DNA of 63,970 nucleotides, counting the filler, from Squatina squatina (taxonomy: Eukaryota), in NCBI GenBank assembly GCA_031763465.1. It is 3 parts of 3 records of this genome, joined end to end, with 100 filler letters (N's around TTAATTAATTAA, not from the genome) between each part and the next. Parts side by side here need not be neighbours in the genome. Positions count along the whole stretch, not along the records: positions 1 to 23,182 come from JARFOE010000080.1; 2 more parts are not named here. The stretch is one strand, 5' to 3'. A program made the position numbers and the translations under genes. Positions 1-12,969 of the stretch are shown here, piece by piece. Numbering within the stretch: the stretch's first letter is position 1; every line of letters starts with the position of its first letter. The notes beneath the pieces were generated by a model. The model ran no database searches. It was not told the origin of the DNA and worked only from the letters and a program-made list of their open reading frames with translations.

Positions 1-1692
1 ACAAGGAACAACAAGACTTGCGGAAAGGAAGTCAAAGAACAAAGATGACATGTAATAAATGTATCCCCTGCAGAGGCTTACCCTCAAACTGCCTCTCACA
101 GCTGGAACGGCCGAGTAAGTAGGTAGCACAGGATATCCCAGTCTGACAGAAATGTCAGTTTATGGATAACCAGGTGGTAAGTTTTTTTTTTTAAAACAGC
201 ATTAAATAGAGATGGAGACACCCTGAACAAATGTCTCAGGGATGAGAAACTGACTATAAAGTTAATGCATTTATTCTTGGTACAGTCCGAGCTCATACCT
301 ACAACCTCAATAGTGTGAAGCAATCACATCAATAGAAACTATTGGCCCATTTTAGCCTCAAGTTACAACAGATATACAGATATTTTTAAATATAGATTCT
401 TTTAAACTATAGCCACAGTTAAAAGCTACAGAAACTAGAATGCTGGATTTGAAGTCTGTGCAGGGAAGAGGGTGGGGAGGGAACAAAGAGTGCAGCATAG
501 CTGTGCCGAATCCTGCCTTCATCCAAGGTTCATATATGTACACTTGCAGCACTGAGTCAGAGATACAGAGACAGACAGACATAGGCTTGCCAGATATTAA
601 CACAAGATGGCATGATTGAAGCTAACAAAAAAATTTAGTTACCAAGTTAAAGGGTGGCGGGGGGGACAGTAATTTTATTTATGCTAATCAACTCAGGTAA
701 AGGTATAAAGATTGTTGAAATATAAAAATGGGGAAGCTTGCAGGAATAGATACCGTCACTAGAGGGCAGCAATAAACAGAGAATGAAGGGACTGCTTCAA
801 ACAAGCGCACGGAACCAGTCGGGGTTCTCGTTAAAACTGTCTTCCTATTTGCACTGGTGGCGGATAAACATAAGCGTTAATGCTCAAATAAAGGCGTTGA
901 TTCGCATAACGTTGGCTGGTAGACTTCGTTCAGTGCCAAACTCATGAGATACCGCATTGTTGGAAAACAGTTTAATCGCCCGGATAAAATTACTGTGATC
1001 CATTCCGTTAGCTTTAGATTTCAGCATCCTTTTTTACACTAAGTGCAGATTTTTTTTAAAAAAAAGACTGTATAATTCTTAAATGTATTTATACAAAATA
1101 GCGAATAAAGGATTAAACAATATCAATTATAACTTACTGCTGCACTCCGTCCAGGAAAGTTGAAGAAGGTATCTGGGCCTTGTCTTTGTGGCATCTGATT
1201 CAGAATTGACAGCAATTTAACTGCATGTCTTGGCTGTGAAAAAGATCAGAATTAAAAGTGTTCAACCTAGATGTGTATGATTGATCATGCATCTGTGGCA
1301 ACATTTTACCATTGCAAGTTAGTTAATACATTTATTTTGAGCAAAAGACTGGTCAAGCCAGAAGATCTAAACATAAACAATTCATATGGCCAAAATCACT
1401 ACTATATGCCATGACACGTTTATTTGTAACACCTAAAGCTCTGATTAGGTCCCCTTGATCACAAAACATGATTGCTGATTGGTCCCCTTGGAGGATAAGA
1501 CAAACGCAGCAGTTTCTCTGGAACATGTACCGAGAACCGCCCTGTCAACATAATCAGTGCTTTTGCAAAGTGTATTCGAGCCATTCTGACTGCTGACTCT
1601 AGACAGAACAGAGCTCACTTGGAACAGACAGGGCTCACTCTCACGGGTAAAGAGCTTCTCCCACCCACCTCCCCCCTACAAGTTCCTGCCCC

Positions 1693-1727
1693 CATAAGAA
1701 ATAGGAGCAGGAGTAGGTCATTCAGCC
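1693..1727 (-). mobile_element. CR1-type LINE/SINE 3' terminus, cut by gap
   Basis: cataagaaataggagcaggagtaggtcattcagcc is the reverse complement of the CR1 3' tail that recurs at 10863, 18326 and 37892. Confidence 0.75.
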
Positions 1728-1827
1728 NNNNNNNNNNNNNNNNNNNNNNNNNNNNNNNNNNNNNNNNNNNNNNNNNNNNNNNNNNNNNNNNNNNNNNNNN
1801 NNNNNNNNNNNNNNNNNNNNNNNNNNN

Positions 1828-1935
1828 AACTCCTCTGCTCTTCTTCCAATAGTGCCAAGGGATCTTTAATGTCCACCTGAACTGTTTTAATGTCTTATCC
1901 GAAAGACATAAACTTGGAGAGTTGCTGCAGTGTAT
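1828..1935 (-). mobile_element. Deu-domain SINE fragment (SacSINE1/AmnSINE1-like)
   Basis: Reverse strand reads tctttcggataagacattaaaacag...caggtggacattaaagatcccttggcactattggaagaagagcag, matching the recalled Deu core (CTTTCGGATGAGACGTTAAAC...AAAGATCCCATGGCACT). Confidence 0.7.
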
Positions 1936-2123
1936 CATGTTGATCGTACAGCCAGTGAGCTAGTGGTAGAGGGGCAGATATTGATCCCAGAGGCATGAAC
2001 ACCGATTGAGCACACTGCTCTGCTCTGCCCTGGATGGTTTTGTGCCAGGAGAAATCCCCTGCTGTTCTTTGAGTAAGATCTTTTACATCCACTGACTAGA
2101 TAGACAGAGAGATAGTGCCTCTG

Positions 2124-2470
2124 AGAATTCCAGATTTCCACTATCCGTTGTGAGAAAAAGTGCTTCCTGAATTCACTCCTGAATGGCCTAGCTCTAATTT
2201 TAAGATTATGTCCCCTTGTTCTACACTCCCCCACCAGAGGAAATAGTTTCCCAGTTCCTACCCTATTGAATCCTTTTATTATTTTAAATACCTTGATTAG
2301 ATCATCCATCAACCTTCTAAACTCCAAGGAATACAAGCCAAGCTTATTTAACCTGTCCTCATTTTTAAGCCCTGGTATCATTCTGGTGAATCCATGCTGA
2401 TCCCCCTCCATGACCCCTCCTGACGTGCAGTGCCCAGAAATGAACACAGTACTTCAGATGGGGTCTGAAG
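2124..2470 (-). mobile_element. CR1 LINE ORF2 C-terminal fragment
   Basis: FTRMIPGLK...LGLYSLEFRRL..DLIKVFKI...RTRGHNLKI...RKHFFSQRIVEIWNS is the typical CR1 ORF2 C-terminus. Confidence 0.9.
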
Positions 2471-2631
2471 CGTCATTTCCTCCCCTTTGAATTCAAGCGG
2501 CGACCCCCCCCCGCCCCCCCCAACCCCGGGANNNNNNNNNNNNNNNNNNNNNNNNNNNNNNNNNNNNNNNNNNNNNNNNNNNNNNNNNNNNNNNNNNNNN
2601 NNNNNNNNNNNNNNNNNNNNNNNNNNNNNNN

Positions 2632-3041
2632 TGGTACCAGGGATGAAAGACTTTAGTTACATGGAGAATCTAGAGGAACTGGGGTTGTTTTCCTTAGAGC
2701 AGAGAAGGTCAAGGGGAGATTTGATAGAGGTGTTCAAAATCATAAAGGAGGAGAAACTGTTTCCAGTGGCAGAAGTGTTGGTAACCAGAGCACAAAGATT
2801 TAATGTAATTGTCAAATGGTGAAACAAGGCAGAAAAAATTTACACAGCGAAATGTTCATAGCTGGAATGTACTGCCTGAAAAGGGTGGCAGAAGTAGATT
2901 CAATAATAACTTTCAAAAGAGAATTGAATAAATACTTGATGTGCAAAAATGAGCAGGGCTATGGGGAGTGAGACTAATTGTATAGCTCTTTCGTCATGAG
3001 CCAAATAACCTCCTTCTATGCTGTATCATGCTATGATTCTA
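2632..3041 (+). mobile_element. CR1 LINE 3' end (ORF2 end, 3' UTR and tail)
   Basis: VPGMKDFSYMENLEELGLFSLEQRRSRGDLIEVFKII, ending in a ctatgattcta-type tail. Confidence 0.88.
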
Positions 3042-3633
3042 TAATTCTTCAGTCACCAGAGCAGTAACATTGAAATCAGAACTGCAAGATACTTAATTGT
3101 GCAATGTAATCATTCTACACAATACAGACTTGTTCTTTTTGTAGGTAATTTAACTTTGTAAAATGTCTGCTTAACCCTGCACAGAAAATTAAGCTTTTCG
3201 TGTTTAACACTTCTGGAAAGCACTTCACGCAAATCAATAACACAGCAGTCAATTTGTGGTTTCTAGGATGTTGGCGATATCTCTCAATCATTACCTTCAC
3301 AATTGACAAGTTTCAGATTAAGTTGAGGTGAATAGTATAGCAGTCATTCGTCAATTTCAAACAAGTCTGGTAGTTTTCCAAAATGCACAGTGGTCCTCCT
3401 GCCCATCTGTTCAGGATTGAGGAAGTGTGAGCACACTGCTTCTGCGCTACCTTCCAAACGCTGAGTTGGAATTCAAACCAGTAAAGTGCCAGCAAATGCA
3501 CTATCATGGTCTGTGTGATTCGTGTGCATTCTGNNNNNNNNNNNNNNNNNNNNNNNNNNNNNNNNNNNNNNNNNNNNNNNNNNNNNNNNNNNNNNNNNNN
3601 NNNNNNNNNNNNNNNNNNNNNNNNNNNNNNNNN

Positions 3634-4045
3634 TGACAATTACATATGTCCAGAATGTCATGTTGAATTTGCTGAAAAGCCAAGGTTGCTTAAAAATGCC
3701 AAGCTTGCTGAAAAAGTCGAGAAACTGTCAAACTGCCAGGAAAGGAAAACCGTCTGTGACTACTGCTTTGAGAAATCCGTACCTGCTGCAATGAGCTGTA
3801 TCCAGTGTGAGACCTTCTTTTGCGTAACCCATCTTCGCCCACACAGTGAGAAAGCATCACTAAAGGATCATGTTTTAGTTGACCCCACAGAAGCAATGTC
3901 TTTGCGGAAGTGTGAAGAACACAAGGAAACGCTCAAGCTCTATTGCAAACAAGATCATGCAAGCATTTGCAGTCTTTGCAGTATTATAGGGAAGCACAAG
4001 AAGCACTCAATCTTGACTATAGAAGAAGCAAAAAGTGAAATCCAG
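3634..4045 (+). CDS. TRIM E3 ligase N-terminal exon (RING end, B-box1, B-box2); TRIM25/47/16/finTRIM-like; 5' truncated by gap
   Basis: YICPEC (last RING CxxC); CDYC..SCIQCETFFCVTHLRPH (B-box1); CEEHKETLKLYCKQDHASICSLCSIIGKH (B-box2). Donor CAG|GTGAGT at 4045/4046. Confidence 0.9.
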
Positions 4046-5393
4046 GTGAGTGTGAATTAAGCTCACTTAATACTGTGGTGACAGGCTTGAGCATCCACAT
4101 TGACTGACTCTAGATTGTTTACTATCTCCATACATGAGATGTCTTGTCAGTTCTTGTTTGAGCAGCAAGTTGGGGTGATATAGTGTTTAATTGCTGCAAG
4201 TGAATAGGGAGTGACATTGCTAATTAAAACATAGTTGAGGTTTTCAGCTAATTTTTCCTTCTCCAACTTAAGGAGGTAGCAGGATGGAGGTAAAATATAA
4301 ATAGCACATAAGTGGAGCAAAAAGAANNNNNNNNNNNNNNNNNNNNNNNNNNNNNNNNNNNNNNNNNNNNNNNNNNNNNNNNNNNNNNNNNNNNNNNNNN
4401 NNNNNNNNNNNNNNNNNNNNNNNNNNTTGGTTTTGATAAACCGCATTTAATACAGGTAATCTTAAAATAACTTACCAATTTAGACTATGCTAGTTGTTAG
4501 AGCAAGTAGCACTGTATTTCAAACCTCACCAGTGTTAAAACACAAGTATTTAAGAGGAAACTAGATCATTCTGATCAAGCATATAACCAAAGTTGCTAAG
4601 TTGAGGGAGGTGATTCTACACTTGTCTGTTATCGTTTGGTCAGTGTTTAGGGCTTTAAAACTGGTGGCCAAGAGCAGATGAGGGACAACTGTTAAATTTA
4701 CTCTGCAACAACGTCACAAACAGAGAATAGGAGTAGAATTCAATCTGGAGACTGCACATCAACCTTCACTATCTCGCTGCAAGTGACAGCTTACAAAAAT
4801 AACTGGCTCACTCTGTGTAGCAGCAGCAGTTTTACACCAAATAGGAACTAGGGAGAACAAAGAGACATCGTGAGGGAACACATGAAGCTCCTTTTTTTGG
4901 AGCAATTCAACTGAGCACAGCACCTTTTGGTAACATGCAAGCCTTGACAGTGAGTGTGAGCAGGCTATTTAATGGTGGGGGAGGGGAAATCACTGCTGAG
5001 CCAATTCCTTTCTTCAACCATGTCACACACGCACAGATACAGAAGGGTTCTGTAGAAAGCGATCAGGAGCCAGAGACCTGATTCCTCATATAGAAACACA
5101 TGTACAGTCACCTTACACAAAGCCAGATATGAAAACCCAGTGCTTAATTCCTCAACTGATGAGGAACCAAGATTTAAAATGTCTTGTTCTCAACATGAAT
5201 CCCAGCAAGTTTTCAAATCATTCAGCATCTGCACCAAAAGGCAACACATTCCACAATTAAAAAACACTTAACTCCATCAAGGAAATATCAAGCATTAAAC
5301 TCCAATTATGCTTTTTGAAACTGCCAACATATTCTGAAAGACTATCTTCACTTAATTGCAGGCATTTGAGGGATTTCTTTTTAAAAAACACAG

Positions 5394-5864
5394 ATGCGAC
5401 TACTGTTACTTTTGACCCTCTAACTGCAAATGAAAACCTTATCCTTTCAGAAGACCGAACAATTGTACGCTACACTGATGAGATTATAAAGGCTCCATAC
5501 AGCCCCAAACGCTTTGATGACACTTTATATGTGCTTGGCTCGCAAGGCTTTACATTTGGCAATCATTACTGGGAGGTGGTGGTGAAGAACAAGTCTGATT
5601 GGGAGATTGGGGTTGCTTATTCCTCCATACCCAGGAAAGGCAAATGTTGGTTAGGCAGGAACAATGTGTCATGGTCTCTGGAATGCAGCTGCGAGCAGTA
5701 TACCGCATGGTACAATAACATACCACTAAAAGTTACTGTCAAGGGAAAACTGGAACGGGTTGGGGTTTATTTAAATTACACAGGGGGAGTGCTAGCATTT
5801 TACGATGCTGAGAAAATGATACTTTTAGTTCCCTGTTATCATAAATTTACTGAAGCACTTTACC
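5394..5864 (+). CDS. PRY-SPRY (B30.2) terminal exon, probably the same TRIM gene; 3' truncated by gap
   Basis: Phase-1 acceptor cacag|AT, then TVTFDPLTANENLILSED..RFD..VLGSQGFTFGNHYWEVVV..WEIGVAY..ERVGVYLNYTGGVLAFYD..KFTEALY with no stops. Confidence 0.92.
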
Positions 5865-8800
5865 NNNNNNNNNNNNNNNNNNNNNNNNNNNNNNNNNNNN
5901 NNNNNNNNNNNNNNNNNNNNNNNNNNNNNNNNNNNNNNNNNNNNNNNNNNNNNNNNNNNNNNNNAGGCACAATCCCAGCAGTGATATTAGATTGTGACCC
6001 GTGGATTTTTGGGCCTCTCTATATTTTTTAATAGACTCAATGACGAAGAGAATTCACATCCACATTTGTGGCTGGAAATGTCATAAGGGATTGTTCTGTT
6101 TTTTAATAGGTCTGGACTTTGGACGCAATCATCGCAACTGTTTTGATTGTTTACTTATTCACCTCAGGCTTATAGCAGTATATTATGTGTCTGGATGCCA
6201 AGGGTAGACATCATCATCCCCAGTGGCTGGGCTATCAGAGCCGCTTTGTTTTGCAAAAGGAAAAAACAGGTGCCATTGTATCTTCTGCTTGAAGAATAGC
6301 AATCTTGACTGCCTGTGAAACTTGAAGTTAAGTAACCTGGTTCTCATAATAGGGGTGTCCACAGGATATGCTGGGGAAGGGGGGCTGATTAATAGCTCCA
6401 TGTCCAGGCAGAGGAATATATTTGTCAGCCTTTGGCCAACTCAGTAGTTCTGCCTGTTTTATCTTTGGAAAATGAACCTGTGGGGTGGACACAACCTTGC
6501 GTGTCTTTTGTGTTGTGGATGCTCGTCCAGATTCAGTGTTGTTAGAATTGTTAATGAAGCATCGCTTTGTTTATTGCCTTGCGAAGCATCAGTTCATTAA
6601 TTGTTTTGCAATGATGAGTTTTAAATTGTAAGTTTTAATGAACTCTGCTGTTCAAACTCCTTGCCACAATTTGTCTTTTACTGATTCATAGGATCTAGCT
6701 AAAAACCATGAATAAAGCCTGATTTTGTTTCTTGGTATTTCCATATGCACTGTACTAACTGATTTGCCTATTTAGCAGCTGCACACAATGATGCCATTGC
6801 TACAAACAGGAGTATTTCATTTAAAACAATGGATAGTTTAAAAAAGCTTTTACTTCATGACCCAGTCCACTAAGGTTTTGCTTTGAAACAAATTGTGGGC
6901 ACTCCCTGCTAGCATATATTCTTTGTCCACCTAAATCATCAACAGGCTTTGTTCATGCATTGCACAGACAGCAGATGTAAGAGACTGTCTTCATTTTGCT
7001 TAATGTACAGCTGGCTCCACCAGCCCCTGCTGCTGCACCAGTTAGTAAAGATTACACAATAGTGTACCCTGAACTTCACGAATGAATGAATGCTCCCAGC
7101 AGTGATGTGATAATTACAGAAATCCATTACAAATTCAGGCTTGCATGTCTCACATTGATTNNNNNNNNNNNNNNNNNNNNNNNNNNNNNNNNNNNNNNNN
7201 NNNNNNNNNNNNNNNNNNNNNNNNNNNNNNNNNNNNNNNNNNNNNNNNNNNNNNNNNNNNTACCTTCGGGCAGCTGCTGGGCAGGCAGGCTGCCTCATAA
7301 TCTTCTAAGTAAATGCTTGAGCTGCTTGTAGATGTGTGACAACCACCGACAGCTCATGCAAAGAAATTTAATGAGGCCCGCGGCCCAACTTCAGGCGCGA
7401 AATTGAGCCCAAACGAATTTCCACCCCTTAATGCCCTCAAGGCAACTAGGAATGAGCAATAACTGCTGACTTGCTCGTGTTGTCCACATCGCAATAACAA
7501 ATTTTAAAGAAGTGCCTGTGCTGGTAAAATTACAATTTCCCATAAACATCACCATCATACATCAAAATCCTCCCACTTCTACCACCCGCCCCCTCCCCAC
7601 CATCGCACCTGCCCCACCACCACCAACACCAAACCCTTCGCATGACCGCGACAGCAAATGTGGCAAACATTGTAAAGTGTGGTGTGTCAATTGACTGTGA
7701 AAAACAAGCCATTTGTATAGATAATTTAGGTTGACAGAATACATCAGGATTGTTATATTTCATCTTAAGAGCAGTGTGTTTAGCTGCATAACTGTGAAGC
7801 AGAAGATTGTGAAATTTATTGAATTTCTTTTCATGCAAACATTGCAGAGTATATATAAAATTGGGTCTGTATGAAAATTGTTCCTTCAGCCAAACATGAA
7901 TTATAGAGTGGGTGTTAGCCTGTCCCATCTGTGGCGTACAAGCTCATAATTCTTCATCAACCCACTGATGTGTGTGAGATTATACAGGCTTGTTATTGCT
8001 TGATTTGTCTATCTAAACACATTATGAATCAGAACATCTCTTTCAACCAATTAGGACTGATGATTGTGTTCGTAAGAATAAATTATGCAACAGCATATAG
8101 TGTAAGGTACTCAAACCTCTCTCTTATGAGTCCCATGTGTCTGGTAACCCTGTCAACCAGAGCATGCCGTTCAAGAAAAATTCTTAAATGAACTTAAAGG
8201 TGTGCTATCCTCAAAGGCAAACTCATTATTCTCCTGCTTGTTTACAAAGACACGTCAATATGATGTAAATGTGACACGTGTTGTGCTACCTTAATGAAAA
8301 GGTGCACTGTACTCTGCTTCTTCTGCTCAAAGGTAACAAAGGTTTGAAGAACACTTCTTCTCATGAAGAGAATGCCCCTTTAATGGCTCAAACCATTGCT
8401 TGATATGTGTGCAGCACTTTTCATGTTTGTTTATGCATATTTTCATTAACAAAAGTTACAAATTCACTGTGTACTTCATTATTGAGACTTTTTTTATGGC
8501 CAATGGGAGAAATAGGCCTGTACCCAAAAAATACTGTCTGTTCTTTAGAACTTTCAAATGTGATAGTGTCAACAAAAACTTTCACCAGCAAATGGGATAT
8601 TTTGCAGCAAAAAAAAATGTTTCCAGTGCATCAAACCTTGTTGAATGGATTGATCGCCAGTAAAATGATTATNNNNNNNNNNNNNNNNNNNNNNNNNNNN
8701 NNNNNNNNNNNNNNNNNNNNNNNNNNNNNNNNNNNNNNNNNNNNNNNNNNNNNNNNNNNNNNNNNNNNNNNNNNNNNNNNNNNNNNNNNNNNNNNNNNNN

Positions 8801-10104
8801 NNNNNNNNNNNNNNNNNNNNNNNNNNNNNNNNNNNNNNNNNNNNNNNNNNNNNNNNNNNNNNNNNNNNNNNNNNNNNNNNNNNNNNNNNNNNNNNNNNNN
8901 NNNNNNNNNNNNNNNNNNNNNNNNNNNNNNNNNNNNNNNNNNNNNNNNNNNNNNNNNNNNNNNNNNNNNNTTATCAGAGTTGGAGACATAGATGAGTTCA
9001 ATTATCAGCCAAGTCAATGGGATTTGGAAAACATTGCATACTCCCTTGTACAATATGTTATTATTTTAGCAGAGCTCTTTGTTAACTGTAGCAGTTAAAC
9101 TGGCAAAGAGACTGCCGCACAAGCTCCACCGTCACCCACAGAATCAATAGGGATATCAATCTAGCAGAACAGTCTGCCGCAAGGCCAGTGGAGATTTCTT
9201 ACTTGACTCAAATCATGCTGCATTTTTCTAACGTAATGATGACAGGCAGTCCATTAATTCCTTTAACTTTCGGAAAGGCCACTGCATTTCTGCCATCATT
9301 TTTCATTCCGGCACTCCTCACACGCATGTGTTGCGTGTGAAGAATCCATGTACCGCTGATCTATTGCTGCTGCAATCTGAGAAGCTCAGAGTTAACCAGT
9401 TACATCATATAATCTTCTCCAAAAGATCAAACAGATAAGATTTAAGGTGTAATGTAGTGTTGAAAGTGCCACAATTATAATTTTAATCATCCACCCTGCA
9501 ATGTGGCGATGCCAGAATCACTGCAAGCTCTCAGACTAGTGCAGAGTTCAATAACAATCCATATTCTCAGAAATAGCAAGAAGATGGCAGCAAATTTCTT
9601 AAAAACTCTGATCTACAAGTAATATGTAGAGGGGTGGATGTTGCCATGAATATCCAAAGATAAGCCCATATTGAGCCTTACTCTGCAGCACTGCATTAAC
9701 TAAGGAAGCCTTGGCTAATTGTATCAATTTTGCAGGCTAGGCGAAGTTAGGGAACAATGGAAATGAGGAGTAATTAAAAGATAAAAAATGTCCTTATTCA
9801 TAGGTGTGGTCCTGAATTTCTAACATTGAATTATAACACACGATTTATTTCATTAAATTAGGAAAATAGGTAAAATAATCCCTGATTAGTGACAGCCTTT
9901 AAAAGGGCTTGTGAAGAAATCAAAGTGCAAATGTCTTNNNNNNNNNNNNNNNNNNNNNNNNNNNNNNNNNNNNNNNNNNNNNNNNNNNNNNNNNNNNNNN
10001 NNNNNNNNNNNNNNNNNNNNNNNNNNNNNNNNNNNNNTCTGAAAAGGCATGATTGGCAGGGAATGAGTAGGGAAAGCAAACTCCAATGGGGTCCTCCTCA
10101 TAAC

Positions 10105-10862
10105 CAACATCCTATTTCATCAGAAAGACAAGCACAAGACCTAATGGCAACACCCTTGCTCCAGGCATTGGCACCTGCTGGACTACGTCATCGTTCGAGC
10201 GAGGGACCGCAAGGATGTCCGCATCACCTGCGTCTTGACAGGAGCTGATGACTGCTGGACTGATCACCACCTAATATGCTCTTATCATCTCCCTCAACCT
10301 GGCCCAAAAACGACAGCGGCAACAGAAACACTGCCACAGGAAAATCTATGTTGAAGGTCTCAAAGATCCAGCAAAGAAAGGTCTACTCAGCCAAAGCCTC
10401 ACAACCAACCTGGCTATGCTCAACGAATTGGAGCCACAGAGTGTCCAGTGCGTGGTCCGCCCTCAAGCCTACGATTACCAGCACCTGTGAGGAGACTCTT
10501 GGTTTCTCTACCAGGAAACATCAAAACTGGTTTGATGAGAACGGCCAGGAGATCCAGGCGCTGATAAACTGCAAACGCAAGGCGTTCTTGAATTGGAAGC
10601 ACCACCAAAGCTCAAGGGAAAGAAAACAAGTCTGCAGACAAATGAAGGCCGAGGTCCAACAAAAAACCAGGGACCTAAAGAATAGATGGTGAGTGGAAAG
10701 AGGGCAGGAGATCCAGCAACTTGCCGACAACCACGATATGCGTGGATTCTTCAGCACAGTCAAGACTATCTACGGCCCAAACACCCAAGGACCTACCCGC
10801 TGAGAGCTAAGAACAGAGAGGAGCTCATCATGGACAAAAAGGTAGTCAGCGCCCGCTGGAAA
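10105..10862 (+). mobile_element. RTE-clade LINE fragment (APE endonuclease end and linker), degraded
   Basis: HWHLLDYVIVRARDRKDVRIT..GADDCWTDHHLI motif, followed by RKHQNWFDEN..AEVQQKTRDLKNRW. Confidence 0.88.
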
Positions 10863-10933
10863 CATAGAAACATAGAAAATAGGTGCAGGAGAAGGCCATT
10901 CGGCCCTTCGAGCCTGCACCGCCATTCAACACG
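10863..10933 (-). mobile_element. CR1-type 3' terminus inserted antisense into the RTE copy
   Basis: acatagaaacatagaaaataggtgcaggag(t)aggccattcggcccttcgagcctgcaccgccattc, near-identical to 18326-18396. Confidence 0.85.
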
Positions 10934-11204
10934 NNNNNNNNNNNNNNNNNNNNNNNNNNNNNNNNNNNNNNNNNNNNNNNNNNNNNNNNNNNNNNNNNNN
11001 NNNNNNNNNNNNNNNNNNNNNNNNNNNNNNNNNACCTCACGCTGGACGCTGAGTTTCTAGCCCCAAAGGTTTAACGCCCATTTAGCGCCAACGTTAAGGG
11101 GGGTCGAATTTCCCATTGCTACATTTAGCACCCAAAATCGGCGTTAGGCCATTATCGCCGATTTAACGCTAGTTTAATGCCCAAATAAAAGGATGAATTG
11201 GCTG

Positions 11205-12034
11205 CCCGTGGTTTCTCTACCAGGCAACATCAAGACTGGTTTGACAAAATCGACCAGGAGATGCAGGAGCTGGTAAACCACAAACACAAGGCATTCTTGA
11301 AGTGGAAGCACCACCAAAGCTCAAGGGAAAGAAAACAGGTCTACAGGCAAAGGAAGGCGGAGGTCCAGCAAAAAACCCGGGACCTAAAGAATAGATGGTG
11401 CGCTGAAAGAACACAGGAGATCCAGCAACTCACCAACAACTACAACTTGCATGGATTCTTCTGCGCAGTCGAGACCATCTACAGCCCAAACACCCAAGGA
11501 CCTACCCCACTGAGAGCTAAGGACAGAGAGGCAATCAGCGCCCACTGGAAGGAGTAGTTCAAGGAGCTCCTCAACCAAGACTCAGTCCTCGATGTGAGAG
11601 CCCTCGATTTCATCCCACAGCATCCTACCTGCCACTACTTCCGCACAATCCCTGCCCTATATGAGGTTGTAAGGGCTGAATAACTACAAGGCCTCCGGCA
11701 CAAAAGGAATCCCCGCAGAAATGCTAAAATACGGCGGAGAAGCACTCGTGGCATGAATCCATGACCTCATCTCCCTCACTTGGGAGGAGGAGAGCATGCC
11801 TGGAGATCTCAGAGATGCCATAGTCATGACCATCTTCAAGAAAGGAGACAAATCCGATTGCAGAAACCACAGAGGGGTTTCCCTGCTGTCCACCACAGGG
11901 AACGGCTTTGCAAGAATTCTCTTGACTCCTCCCAGAGTCACAATGCAGATTCCGCCCATCAAAAGGCACAACGGACATGATTTTCAGTGCATGGCAAATC
12001 CAAGAAAACCTCTGAACATGGCCTTCTTTGACCT
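11205..12034 (+). mobile_element. RTE-clade LINE fragment (linker and start of RT)
   Basis: Homologous to 10500-10860; continues into MPGDLRDAIVMTIFKKGDKSDCRNHRGVSLLST and LNMAFFD. Confidence 0.9.
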
Positions 12035-12134
12035 NNNNNNNNNNNNNNNNNNNNNNNNNNNNNNNNNNNNNNNNNNNNNNNNNNNNNNNNNNNNNNNNNN
12101 NNNNNNNNNNNNNNNNNNNNNNNNNNNNNNNNNN

Positions 12135-12510
12135 GCCTCTCTGCCGTAATTTTGTATTTTGGCAGGGATTTAGTCTGCGCCAGAGACCTTGTTGTTTTTC
12201 AGCTGTCGAATGGGCTTTTCAACTTCGTGTCGGGCTGGGGTTGTGTGGAGATAGTGGCGGGTATCATGGATGGAATCAAGGGCACTCACGTCGAATATGG
12301 GACCTAAAGAATAGATAGTGGGTGGAAAGAGCACAAGAGATCCAGCAACTAGCCTTCAAACACGATGTGCATGGATTCTTCAGCGCAGTCAAGAACGGCC
12401 CAAACACCCAAGGACCTACCCCACTGAGAGCAAAGAATGGAGAGGTGCTCATCAGGGACAGAGAGGCACTCAGTGCCCGCTGGAAGGAGCACTTTGAGGA
12501 TCTCCTCAAC
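12135..12510 (-). mobile_element. RTE LINE copy with internal inversion
   Basis: 12299-12510 matches 11379-11575 on the + strand; 12135-12294 matches 11589-11743 on the - strand. Confidence 0.85.
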
Positions 12511-12630
12511 CTCAACGGTCTCCCTCCACAACTAGTGGAACAAAATCACCATTCCCTGCTGTCCCTGGTGCTTTTTTGCAAAGGCTTTAACAGACTCATG
12601 TTCACTTTACTCCACTGGAGACCCTCTTAC

Positions 12631-12739
12631 CTCGATTTTGTATCCTCCCGCCTGTGACAGTCCAATTGATGGGTCTGCTTTCCAAATACCGGCATTGCCT
12701 TTCTTCAGCCATGTTTGTGCTGCGCGCTCCTGCACTCAT
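12631..12739 (-). CDS. Candidate first coding exon of an unidentified gene (MSAGARSTNMAEERQCRYLESRPINWTVTGGRIQNR)
   Basis: Two in-frame ATGs (12739 and 12712, the latter in an aaacATGG Kozak context), an open frame to a phase-1 donor GAG|GTAAGA at 12631/12630, and a CpG-enriched upstream region. Confidence 0.4.
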
Positions 12740-12969
12740 CCCCCTTGCTCACTTTCCTTTCAACCATTTCTTAAACAAAAGAGGCTGTTGCTCCGATTGC
12801 TTCCGATCGGGTTTGGTCTGGGAAGCTCGGAATTACACTCGGTTTGTACGTGGATGGGAGACGGATTGTGAATACCGGGGAAAGTGAGCTTTACTTGCCA
12901 CCTGAGGCTGCTCTCAGATCTGTACTTTCAATCATCACTCACTCTTGCATTCACTCTCCCTCTCTCGCT

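Noticed and set aside
1441-1650. Short direct repeats (ctgatt(a)ggtccccttg twice) suggesting an LTR
   Set aside because: No TG..CA ends, PBS/PPT or second copy is visible.
8407-9053. Long ORFs spanning N runs (here and throughout)
   Set aside because: They are open only because N translates as X; the flanks show no protein similarity.
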